Positions 49,927-62,300 of a stretch of DNA of 64,000 nucleotides are shown piece by piece (positions within the stretch are counted from its first letter, which is position 1; each line of letters starts with the position of its first letter). A program made the position numbers and the translations under genes. Source of the stretch: Ginglymostoma cirratum (lineage: Eukaryota); the NCBI GenBank assembly GCA_024137785.1, contig JAHRHZ010000289.1, positions 8,183,814 through 8,247,813 of the forward strand. Reading direction: 5' to 3'. The notes under the pieces are model-generated. The model did not search any database. It saw nothing but the letters and a program-made list of their open reading frames with translations, and had not been told where the DNA came from.

Positions 49927-51152
49927 AGACAATTTGCTTATTCACACCTAGAAAAGTCCCATACTCACCTGAAAAAGGTGAAACACAAAACAGAGACAAT
50001 GTTTCACAGGGATTTCACCAATGACCAAGCTTAAAAAAAATAAATTGACGTCTGGCGTTGTATCAGTCCCAAAATCAAATGACTCACTTAGAATCTGTGT
50101 GGATCACACCAAATAGAATAATGCAGCAGAGAGATAAAAACACTCAATGGAATTAGTAGATGAAAGTTTTACAAAGCTAGGAAAGAGCACCATTTTCACC
50201 AAACTTGATGCTGAAACCATGGTTTCCGCATGTTTATTTGGATGAAGAATCTAAATTTTTAATATTATTCATGGCACCATTTTGCAGATATTGCTTTTAA
50301 TGTTTATTTTTCAGCGTTACTTGTGCACCAGAAATCTTCAAAAGAATAATGACAGGCATTAGTTGGGATTATCTTCCAAATGACTAGCATTCTAATACAT
50401 GGTTTAACCACAAAGGCACACAACAAAAAGGTGAGAGTAGGACAGGAAATTTTGCAAAAATTAGGTCTTACTTTGAGTGAGAAAGATGACTTTTTACAGC
50501 CTCCAATCAAGTTCCCGGGGCATATTGTTTGTGCAATGGGTATTACAGCAAACCCATAGAACACTAGAGCAATCAAAGAATTCCCAACTCCCTGCAATGT
50601 CACAGAACTGCAGATTGGCAATCCCTTCATGGGAATGGCCATCCAAATGGGAGCTTCTTTTATTAAATCTCACACAGACAAATGAACTGTTGCGACAACT
50701 ACTCAAACCGGATCAGTCACGGCATGTGAATGAAAGTCAGTAGGAGTCTGTGAGGAAGCAAAAGAAAAGCATATTTTATCAAACACCTGAAATAAAGGAT
50801 CACCTGTAAAATCCATAGTCAAGAGAAAAAGAAAACAAAATAAAATCTTCCATTCTGAGGAGGAGAAGAACATGACCCTTAGTTTAGACAAAGAGAAAAT
50901 CCTTATTTGCACGTACTATCCATCCAGATTTCCAAGAAGACAACCTGTGCAAATAGCTGACAATTTATGATGACTTAACAATTCACTGACTGCAAATGAA
51001 AACCTGGAGAGCACAGATCTTCAACTGCTCTGAGGAATCTGATGACATTGATGAGACCACCACAGACACAGAGACTTTGTGAGAGGGGTGTGCAAATTGT
51101 AGGATGATTGAGGGACTAGATATTGGACAGTAGGATGCCCACTGGGAAGCAC

Positions 51153-51317
51153 NNNNNNNNNNNNNNNNNNNNNNNNNNNNNNNNNNNNNNNNNNNNNNNN
51201 NNNNNNNNNNNNNNNNNNNNNNNNNNNNNNNNNNNNNNNNNNNNNNNNNNNNNNNNNNNNNNNNNNNNNNNNNNNNNNNNNNNNNNNNNNNNNNNNNNNN
51301 NNNNNNNNNNNNNNNNN
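51153..51317. other. Assembly gap (165 N)
   Basis: Run of N. Confidence 1.
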
Positions 51318-52832
51318 CTCCAAACTGAGAATCACAACACCAACACCCACCCCTCGCCACCCCACCACCCCCAACGTTCCTGCTACCTCCCACCTTATAT
51401 CTTATCCTGGATATTCTGCAATCTCAATTATCCAGGATTCCACTAGCAGCCACAGGCTTATCCATGGCACTGCTGAGGGCATGAGTTGCCAGCCTCTGAC
51501 TGGCCAGCAGCTCTCACTGTAGGTTGGACTTCAACCTATGGCGAGTCTTCATTCCAGAGGAGGGCCCATCAATTGCATCAGCACTGCCTGTTTGGCCTGT
51601 TTGGTGTGTGGTTTTGGGGCTTTAATTGAAGAGACAGTTTGAGTCTGCCACAGACTCTCGAGCTAACTGCCAAGACCCACAATGCCCCAACAAGATTCCA
51701 CCCATTATTTCTTAAGATCTAACAGAATCTGGGTATTTAAATAGTGGTATATATTTCACACATTATTAGTGAAACCTTTACTAACTTCATTCTGCAATGC
51801 CAACATTAAATAAATCATGCTAAATTTACAATCTAATAGTATCAAGGATCCCTATAGCAATTGGATGACAGGACACATTAAGAATTTGCTCTTTTATGTC
51901 TCGTAACTGGTTTGAACTGAGCCAGGTTAATGGCTCCTTAGAGAAAATCATTTAGGCAGACCTAGTTCTTAGTAGAGATATAGCCATAGCAACAATCACC
52001 CCATAATTCAGCATTATTTGAATTAAATTGGCAGTCTGATACAGCAAAGCTATAAGGATTCAGTTGGATGTATTCACCTGACAGTCGTAATTTGGATGCT
52101 TTGTAATGTTTTATCTTAATATCCAAAGGCAGGAACTAAAAGTGTAAAAAAACTTAGAATGGAAAAAAAACCCAGAAAAGAGAGCATTTTTCATTTTAGC
52201 GTGCACAAAATTCACAAATAAAAGATACGCCTTATTTGGTCATATTCACAAGTATGTTTTTGTCTTGCATAAAAGCAAAATTCTTTTTGTTTCCTTATTT
52301 TATTAGCAGCACTGGTAAAGCATTATAAGCTTGAAGTTTTATAGGGATTCTCAATTCTAGAGCTCCCTCATCACCAGGGACAATGCTATTCTCCCACTGA
52401 AATTTGTCATAAGACCAAGGGAACATTGTGAAGCAGCCGGCTATATAAGCACCCAAACTGCCTTAGATAAAACCTGACGGAATCACACAAATGCATGTTC
52501 AAAGACATGCCTTGACCCTTCTGTGCTGCCACTATCTCCATACAGATGATATTTCTACTTAAGAAAACAATGAACAAAATGTTTATCTTTTTGCCAGCTG
52601 CAACAATATTTTGTCTAACACAGAATGACCAATAATTCGATGCCACCAAGGTTGCTTAAGTAGATTCAGAAGAACAGGGGACAAATGTACCTTAACCCAT
52701 CACTTCCAGCATTGACTTGTGTCAGAGCTTTCAACTAAGTTACTAGATATGTGGACATGCAGCATAGGAAAGAAAGAAAATATAAAGCTATAATAATTAA
52801 CCCAGCATCACACTAATTATAAAGTAGCAGTT

Positions 52833-53124
52833 ATTAGAATCCCTACAGTGTGGAAACAGGCTCTTCGGCCCAACAAGTCCACACTGACCCTTGGAGCATC
52901 CCACCCAGACCCATCCCCCTATAACCCACACACCCCTGAACACCATGGGCAATTTAGCATGTCCAATCCACCTAGCCTGCTCATCTTTGGACTGTGGAAG
53001 AAAACCGGAGCACCCAGAGGAAACCCACGCAGACACGGGGAGAATGTGCAAACTCCGCACAGACAGTCACCTGAGGTTGGAATCGAACCCGGGTCCCTGG
53101 CACTGTGAGGCTGCAGTGCTAACC
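52833..53124 (-). mobile_element. HE1-like V-SINE
   Basis: Homologous to 49636-49926. B-box GGTTCGATTCC and V-domain CTCCCCGTGTCTGCGTGGGTTTCCTCTGGGTGCTCCGG. Confidence 0.9.
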
Positions 53125-55680
53125 TAAAGAAATCAATTGCTCAAAGTGGACAGACATTCTCTATTCCTACAAAGGTGAGTTTCAAGATGTGGACAGGAAC
53201 AAAATTGGAAATGAGGGGCTCAAGGTGGCAAGGAAGCACATTCACCCTTCCAGGCAACCTTGCTGGATATGGCTCGTCATTGAGAAAGGATACCTAACCA
53301 GCAGCGGTGGTAGCAAATAATGCGCAAATAGAAGTTGGTAGAAGGGACTTGAGGTTTCCACCAGGATCCTCCAAGCATCAGAGCGGCTTCCCACTGAATG
53401 ACAAGTCCAGCAAATGGAGGCAGCCTCCTGCCAAAAAAGGGTCAATAGAACCAATGGTTCCATGCATTGTTGAAGGAGCTGTGGTCAATAAAAGCCACAC
53501 CCATGACCCAAACAATTCCTCTAGCGATGTTACGCTGTGGACCAATGGGACTCACTGTTTAAATTTTATGGACTCCCCTAAGGGGCCTTTAATTTCCTCA
53601 GTGAAACTGTTAGCCATCAAAAGTTGACTGAACTTCTGATTTCCAGACTGCTCGGCGGCAATCTCAAACTGACCACCTCTGAAAAAGTGAGAAAGAGGTG
53701 GGGAGGGTTTCAACACTTGTGGGACCCTACTTTGTCTCCTATGGAAGAATATTTTCAAAGCTGGCAAGATTCCACACAGTGACATAGTTACCCACATGAA
53801 GAAAGGAATATGGGGTACAATGGATGCTGATAAGCTGCGCAGAAATGTCACATGACTATAAACATAATCAGAAAAACTGCAGCAGTTGTGTCAGAAAAAC
53901 TTTCTCCGAAGCAAAATCCATCAACTTTCTGAACAACATACTCATCTTTCCCATACACCAACATTAGCTGAACATGATTATCGGAAGATTTTCGACTGTC
54001 AGTTATGCCTTTTCAGTGACGTAAAATTGATGGTATAAATTTGAGACAGCCCCTAATCAGACTTTTCACTACAGGAGTGCACAGCACATATTAGGCATTT
54101 TGCCTGAAACCATTTGGGCTTAACTCTACTTGCAGTGACAATCTAGCGTAATGTTGAGCAATGTTTAAAAGGCATCTGGGTTTTGTAATGATGCTCTTGG
54201 GCGCTTTTCTCATCACTGAAGCAGAATATTGAAAATGTTTGAAGGAAGCAGTTATTTGCTCATATTCTCAAAGCATTTATAATTTACTGACCAAGAGCAG
54301 ACTTGTCAGGTACTTATGGATATACTTCCCAGAGGTTTCCCTGGGCAGGAGCCTGAATTCACAGCTCACAGGAAGTCTTGCTAGTTAAGAACCATTCAAA
54401 TTGTTCATGCAACACAGTCATAATCAGTGCTAGACAGGAAGAGGAGAGAAATATTAGTGAAAAAGTGGAAAAAAAAACATACTTCTTGCAGCAAATGACG
54501 TGCTTCTAATGCAATTCATTGGCTTTTGTTATCTCAAACAATGTTTTTGCTATTGTACACAGCATGTGGGTGCCGCCGCATTTCTTGCCCATTGTTAATT
54601 ATCCTTGAGAAAGTGGTGGGGAGGTGTCTTCTTGAATTGCTACAGTCTTCCTTGTTGGAGAGGTCCATGCCTAGTGCTTGCATGGCACAAATGTTACTAG
54701 CCACTTCTCGACCCAAATCTGAGCATTATCAAAGTTCTCTTCTTTTCTTTCATGTTCATAAATATAAGCAAGTTGTGGAAGAAACATGCTTGCTGAGTAT
54801 GTCACATGGTGGTGGGATGGAACATCAAAGAAGAAATGATATCCTAGTTGAAGAGTTGCATTGTGAGAACAAGAACAGAAAAGCAGGATACAAAATACTG
54901 GTCAAGTCACAGATGTGCTGAAGTTTACAGTAAACAGTGCTGGAGCTGAGATAAAACTGTGAGATCCTTGTTTCAGTGACTATGAAAATGCCTTCTTGAT
55001 GCCAGCATTGGGAGTATTGTTAGGATTTTAAAGATAACACTCCACTCTTGTGTTGATTCTAGCATGATCTTGAAAAGGGTGCCAGAAAATATAGTTCTGG
55101 GAATACCTTCGAACAGGACAGTGATGCTATTATTAAGCAATTAAATGGGTCAAAATTGGATATTACCTTATATGGCACACCATTGTAACAATGAAGATGT
55201 ACAACGAAATACTTTGAAAACAACTCACCACTGTAGCAGATAGAATAATCTGCCTATCTGTTATGAAGATTTGGCTGAGAGATATATTGATGGATTGATC
55301 ACATGATACAGACCATTGTTCACAAGACTCCCAAGTATCCAGTGTCAGTGGGAACATGTACAATCTATTAGTAGTTTAATAAATGCATGCCACATTTAAT
55401 GGGATGTTTGCAATTAATATCTGGGTCAGAATGTTTAGACCAAATGAGGAATTTCATCAACTTCTGCTGTAGCCTCAGTCTAACAGCTATATATTTTTGA
55501 AGTTGCCTGACTTGGCCAATAGCGGTGCTATCAAGCTACTCTTGATAAAGCACTTTGAAGTCTTTTACCCAGAGTACATTCTGTGCCTCATCCACCCTTA
55601 GTGCTTTCTCTAAGTGGTGTGAACGTGGAACAATACTGATTCATCACGCAAGGAAAGGAGATAATCAGTGAAATATTTCA

Positions 55681-55790
55681 AAGAACAAAGAACAAAACAG
55701 CATAGGAACAGGACTTTCAGCCCTTCAAGCCTGTGCTGAAGCATTTCGCCCTTCCATACTAAACCTTTCCTTGTCCACGTTTGATTTGAT
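55681..55790 (-). mobile_element. CR1 3' tail fragment
   Basis: AAGAACAAAGAACAAAACAGCATAGGAACAGG...CAGCCCTTCAAGCCTGTGCTG. Confidence 0.6.
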
Positions 55791-56407
55791 GGAGACTGCA
55801 TGGAGTCCAAATTAAATGTTGAGGACTCCGAAGGCAACTCCCTCCACATTGTATGTTACTGTGTCACAACTTCAGGTGAGTTGGATCTGTTGATGGGACA
55901 AGACTTACGCAGAGCTGGTGATGAATGTGTCTAAGACATTGTCTGAAAGGTATGATTCCATGGTCCTTGTATGGTCCATAGGTCTATGGCTCACCCAATT
56001 TTGGCTCAAGCATCCATATAGAAGTAAAAAGAATTTTGCAGTGTCAACAGGACTGTAATTACTGAGAAGCTGCTGGTGCCTTGGTTGATGCTGGGTGATT
56101 CAGCTGGTTTCATTCCTTTTATCGTACTTTGTAGTCCTTTGATATGACTGACTGACTTGCTCATCATTTCAGATGGCAGTTAACAGCCAACCACATTGCA
56201 ATGTATTTGGAGTCATGTGTAGGCCAAACCAGACGAGGATGGCAGATTTTCTTTCCTTCAAGGGCATTAGTGTTTTTACAACAATTGGCAATGATTTCAC
56301 AACCATGATTAAACTAGTTTTTGGTAAATCCTAATTTTTGTTAATCATTGCAATGAAATGTCACCATTTGCTATGATGGGATTTAAACCCAAGACCTTAG
56401 AGTATTG

Positions 56408-58267
56408 TGAGATAACAAGCGTGGGGCTGGATGAACACAGCAGGTCAAGCAGCATCACAGGAGCAGGAAAACTTGACGTTTCGGGCCGAGACCCTTCATC
56501 AGAAATGGGGGAGGGGAAGAGGGTTCTGAAATAAATAGGGAGAGAGGGGGAGGCGGATAGAGGATGGATAGAGGAAAGGATAGGTGGAGAGGAGGCAGAC
56601 AAGTCGAAGAGGCGGGGATGGAGCCAGTAAAGGTGAGTGTAGGTAGAGGGGTAGGGAGGAGATAGGTCAGTCCAGGGAGGACGGACAGGTCAAGGGGGCG
56701 GGATGATGTTAGTAGATAGGAGATGGGGGTGGGGCTTGAGGTGGGAGGAGGGGATAGGTGAGAGGAAAAACAGGTTAGGGAGGTGGAGATGAGCTGGGCT
56801 GGTTTTGGGATGCGGTTGGGGGAGGGGAGATTTTGAAGCTTGTGAAATCCACATTGATACCATTGGGCTGCAGGGTTCCCAGGCTGAATATGATTTGCTG
56901 TTCCTGCAGCCTTCGGGTGGCATCACTGTGGCATTGCAGGAGGCCCAGGATGGAGATGTCGTCTGAGGAATGGGAGGGGGAGTTGAAATGGTTCACGACT
57001 GGGAGGTGCAGTTGTTTGTTGCGAACTGAGCACAGGTGTTCTGCAAAGCAGTCCCCAAGCCTCCGCTTGGTTTCCCCGATGTAGAGGAAGCCACAATGGG
57101 TACAGCGGATGCAGTATACCACATTGGCAGATGTGCAGGTGAACATCTGCCTGATGTGGAAAGTCTTCTTGGGGCCTGGGATTGGGGTGAGGGAGGAGGT
57201 GTGGGGGCAGGTGTAGCACTTCCTGCGGTTACAAGGAAAAGTGCCGGGTGTGGTGGGGCTGGAGGGGTGTGTGGAGCGGACAAGGGAGTCGCGGAGGGAG
57301 TGGTCCCTCCGGAAGGCAGATAAGGGTGGGGAGGGAAAAATGTCTTTGGTGGTGGGGTCTGATTGCAGATGGCGAAGTGTCAGAGGATGATGTGTTGGAT
57401 CCGGAGGTTGGTGGGGTGGTACGTGAGGACGAGGGGGATTCTGTTTTGGTTATTATTGCGGGGACGGGGCGTGAGGGATGTGTTCCGGGAAATGCGGGAG
57501 ACACGGTCGAGGGCGTTCTCGACCACTGTTGGGGGGAAGTTGCGGAACTTGAAGAATGAGGACATTTGAGATGTGCGGGATTGGAATGTCTCATCCTGGG
57601 AGCAGATGCGGTGGAGGCGAAGGAATTGGGAATAGGGGATGGCATTTTTGCAGGAAGGAGGATGGGAGGAGGTGTATTCCAGGTAGCTGTGGAAGTCAGT
57701 GGGCTTGAAATGGACATCGGTTTCGAGGTGGTTACCCGAGATGGAGACAGAGAGGTCCAGGAAGGAGAGAGAAGTGTTGGAGATGGTCCAGGTGAACTTC
57801 AGGTTGGGGTGGAAGGTGTTGGTGAAGTGGATGAACTGTTCGAGCCCCTCGTGGGCGCACGAGGCGGTGCCGATGCAGTCATCAATGTAATGGAGGAAGA
57901 GGTGGGGTTTAGGGCCAGTGTAGGTACGGAAGAGGGATTGTTCCACGTAATCTACAAAGAGGCAGGCATAGCTTGGGCCCGTGCGGGTACCCATGGCCAA
58001 CCCCTTTATTTGTCGTAAGTGGGAGGAATTGAAAGAGAAGATGTTGAGGGTGAGGACGAGTTCGGCTAAGCGGATGAGGGTGTCGGTGGAGGGACTCCCA
58101 CAGCTACCTGGAATACACCTCCTCCCACCCACCTTCCTGCAAAAATGCCATCCCCTATTCCCAATTCCTTCGCCTCCACCGCATCTGCTCCCAGGATGAG
58201 ACATTCCAATCCCGCACATCTCAAATGTCCTCATTCTTCAAGTTCCGCAACTTTTATCTCTGATACA
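56408..58267 (-). mobile_element. Young 5'-truncated Penelope-like element, family A (RT, GIY-YIG, pLTR)
   Basis: RT GLAMGTRTGPSYACLF, HYIDD, HPNLKFT; GIY-YIG NVVYCIRCTHCGFLYIGETKRRL. Perfect TSD ACCTTAGAGTATTG at 56394-56407 / 58268-58281. Confidence 0.95.
56471..56506 (-). ncRNA. Minimal type I hammerhead ribozyme, intact core
   Basis: Minus strand ATTT-CTGATGA-A-GGGT-CTCG-GCCC-GAAACGTC-AAGT. Confidence 0.8.
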
Positions 58268-59277
58268 ACCTTAGAGTATTGCCTTGGGTTTCTGAAATAC
58301 TAACAGAGTGACAATACCAACATCTCCCCTTGATGTTTTTCATTTATTAAGAAAAAAGATGTTTGTTGTTCAGTCCAACTAAATTTGCTCCTTAAGTTGG
58401 TTGTCTATCAGCTCCTGTGGATAGAGGCAGCTACCTCTATGTTTTGAACTAGCTCTGCACGATAAAAGATGCTGTCTTGCACATTAGCGAGCAACTATAT
58501 AGAGGGCTAAGTGCATCAGAATAAACTGCTGCTGATCATATTAAAGACGAATCCCACACACCTCCTTCATCATCCTAACAGGCAGACTGGGATACATAAA
58601 GAAATGGAAATAGTTAACAAACAATCTCCAGAAGATCATTATACTGAAGGAACAAAAGACAAATGATGGATTCTGTCATGTGTATACTTCTGTTTGCTAT
58701 TTTTAGTGAGAAGGTTGTGTAAGTATGAAGCAGTGATCCCTGAAAAGACTAAACAGAGCAAAACCTGTCTGAAGCAGTTGAATCTCACATGGCATCTCTA
58801 AATGCCTGTGCTCTGACCTTTGTATGTTTATTGCTTTCATTTGGCCTCCTTCAAGTTCTCTGCTATTTTTGCATTTCTATCCCCCTCTCTGGATTTTGCT
58901 ACTTGCTTGCCTATTGGAAGGTGAACGCCTATGCATTAACAGGTCCAACTCTACAGTGCCATAAGTGCTATTCAGAAGTGGAATTGTGAGAGAAGAGGGA
59001 ATACAGAATCTCTGCAGGTGGGAAAAAAAGCAATTATATTGTAACAGTTGATGGAGATTTTTCATTACAACAGTAATCTTAGAAACTGGTGATGGAAAAG
59101 GTTACAAAAAATTGTGACAAAGACATGACAACAAGAAGAAGCAAAAATATGTACAGGCACATAGGGAATTTTTGAGCAGGTGTGCAGTTAGATTCGTTGT
59201 GGATAGGGAATTTAAAATGGACAAAATGCCTGAGCACCTCAGAAAATTACAGCAATCTATGGCCTTTACATATTTTT

Positions 59278-59380
59278 AAATAACCTGCTCAGACATGTTA
59301 AGACGGACCTCTGGAGCAGAAGGGACTTGCACCCAGGCCTCCTACGCCAGAGGCAGGGACGCTACTATTGCACCACAGGA
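59278..59380 (-). mobile_element. Short tRNA-derived SINE (family of 34342)
   Basis: Minus strand TGTGGTGCAATAGTAGCGTCCCT...CCTGGGTGCAAGTCCC. Confidence 0.65.
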
Positions 59381-62300
59381 AATTTTATTGAGGCTGAGAA
59401 ACATTGGATGACAAACCCATAACCAGAGGCCAGGTTGGCAATTTAAATATGTTAATGAGGTTTAACCTACTGTGACAGACCAGACTCAGGAAATCTGACA
59501 GCTGTAGCAATGTGAGGACAGCTTTGAGAAGAAGGCATGCCTTCACAGCACTACATGTGAATCAGAAGGAGCATAACCACTTCATTACCGTGTGCATGCC
59601 CACAGCCACAACAAGCTCCAACATCATCGAATGATCCCTCAAACATCCCACTGGATCTACGTTCTGAGGAATGGGGATTGACCTCCTCTGGGATTGAGGT
59701 TCAGAACTATCTGGTGCTGTAGCCTTCTTCAGAATGCACCTACCATAAGTAGACATCAGACCTAGTGACCAATGTCAAAGATAAATGTCCAGAAAAAGAA
59801 TCTGTCAAATTTCTAGGCACATACAAGATTTACAGGAAAGCACTACAAGATCTTTGCTACCAGCATGTCAACAAGGAAAAAAAAATTCTCCAATGTCTTT
59901 ATTGTATTGCACACTGTCGGTATTTGTGAGGCTTATTCCAAGACCACATGTGATCTGAGTTAAAGATGGAGCTAAAAAGCAGGAATAATTGTAAAACCAC
60001 GTGCAGATGTAATTCTTATTCAATATTTTAATAAAGTGACTCCAAACAAATAGAAAAACATTACAGCTGAAATATTTGCTGTAGAGACTGGGATGCTGAA
60101 AAGGTGCCAGTTGAGATGTTACAGTGCCACCAGCAGCAGAAGGGTGTAATTACAGTGTTACAAGTTTACATCTGCATTTTCCTACGTAAATGTGGACAGG
60201 AATTATTAATAGGACGTTGTTTAATAGGTCGAAAAGCACAGTAGACAGAAAGTGTTCTCAGGAATAAGGTTTTTAAAATGTTATAGATATTAACGCTGTC
60301 TATTTCAAAAGCATTTCCTCAAGCTCAGTCAACGCTTTTGGAAAGACAATTGAAATATCCCAGGACACATTCAGTGTAATAAACAGACTAAACTCATTGT
60401 TGAATAAATTAATTATTAAAATAACGGTAATACATTATATGATGTTTGCAAGACTATCCATACTTATTGTTCATGAAAATGCATTTCAGTTGTGATGCTC
60501 TTCAGAATAATACAATTACTAGTTCTCAGAGGCGAAGAGAAAGAAAAAAACTGTGAACAAATGGCTGTGGCTTGTTTTCTTTCAAGAAACAATCATCTTC
60601 AAATGAAACTGCTCTTTTGAAGAATCTTATATTGTGGAAAAATAGATAAGAGTTTCACCGAGGACAGCACAAAACAGGAAATTAAATGACACAGATAAAA
60701 GAAAAGGGAAAACAGAAGGACTAAGGCAATAAATGACACAAATGGTGGGTGTAAGCAGCTTTCATAGATTTAGCTGTCAAATCAGAGATGTAACTGTAGC
60801 TTTTAGACAAACAATAATGCAAGAGAGAATATAATATCTTTTGCCCTTCAGCAAACACTGCTGAAGATTACAAATTCAAATACATATAGAGAGAATATGT
60901 TTGTAACATTATATTTTTCAAGCATTCATATTAGCCCAGAGCTGCTTTATCACAATTAATGAATGATAGAGAATATAGAATTTTTCAGTTAATGAGACAT
61001 TCATCTCATATTGCTAGTTGGTGCTTCATATATTTACAGTTAAAAACCTGAATGTTGACTGCAAAATGCTGTGTAGCAATAGTTAAGAACTGTGTAAAAT
61101 TAGTACTTTCGATATGTTTTGCACAATAAGGATTATTTCAACTACTTTAATATAACCTTTGTTAGATGTGGTATATGTAGTGCAATGTGGGATATTATAC
61201 AATAGCGTGTTTATACTTACTTTGTCAATACAACTTCTTTTTTAATGTAAGTACTATTCGTGTAATAATGTGCAAGTTACATTTAGGGATTGGGATCAAC
61301 ACCTCACTCCCGGCAGTATCAGAAATCATTACATTGTTGCAAACCACCATGCATCATTCATTCGGTTCAAGTCAAGCTATTCTCTAGCCCTGTAAACAGC
61401 ATCTGTAGCTGGTATTTTATATCATCCAGTCCAAATTCTGTCAACTCTTATGAAGATTTCCTGTTTGGGAAGAGTACCTTTCACTTTTATTTCTTCATTC
61501 TTGCTTTGCATGCAGGGTTTCAATTTCCAGATACATAAATCTCTGACTAATGATGGAGGAAGCGAAGAGAATAAACAGTTCCTCCACCAATTTAATTCTG
61601 AAACCATCCAAAAATGCATGTCAGTCATACACATTGGCCCACATTACTCTTTTTAAAGAACGGGCCTCACTTTGACTTGCCATATCCCAAAACAGCGCCA
61701 GCTGAGATAATGATTTATAAAACATTTATTTGATTCATTACCTCCATTCAGACAGTGTCCTTGTGTATTCTTTCATTCTGTCCCACATCAAAGGACTAAG
61801 GCCGATTGCAGAAACAAAAAGCACCCTCAAGAACACACTCAAAACAAAGACATGCTCCAAGACAAGGATATCCTAATTATATTTGGTATTGCAATTCCAA
61901 ACAGAAAAACAAAAGGCTTTATTTCATTTCACAATAAACTAAGTCACACAGAATTTTAGACAGCAGAATTTCCAAGCTGCCTACAAACTAAATCAGTTTG
62001 GAATGACAAATCACCTAATAGTTTATTCATACTTATGTAAAATAGTATTGCCCTTTCTCAAGAAATGCTGGTTATCCCAGCTCTAACAAATCCAAAACAC
62101 TGAAATTAAATCCAAATCTTTCTGACGAACGCTGTCAGTAAGGAAGGGATATGGTAATGCAGCCGTGTCATTATTAATTTACCTTGTAAATGGACATGAG
62201 TTCAGCACAATACTTGAGAGACCTAGGTTTGTGAATATAGACATGGGAAGTGTCACTTGGTGCAGCTGATGTGTGGGAGGAAGGAGATTACTCTTCCGAT

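Larger units (their letters stand above)
48500..50810 (+). mobile_element. Heavily decayed Gypsy gag-pol relic
   Basis: CYICGK knuckle remnant (~48996). RT remnants FTKLDA..., LDEES, PFCRYCF, APEIF.RIM, IKFPGHIV. Confidence 0.6.
56155..58330 (-). mobile_element. SINE of the 45155 family, split by the PLE insertion
   Basis: Body at 56165-56407 (CAACCACATTGC...AGGATGGCAG); head resumes at 58268-58330. Confidence 0.7.

Noticed and set aside
50983-51446. ORFs spanning the N run
   Set aside because: Artefacts of the assembly gap.
53242-53851. Overlapping 70-106 aa ORFs
   Set aside because: No family motifs; the region resembles the GC-rich repeat at 51320-51705.
57380-58234. 284-aa ORF as a functional gene
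   Set aside because: Its N-terminus is antisense sequence from the inverted duplication. The rest is a truncated PLE RT, frameshifted before the nuclease.
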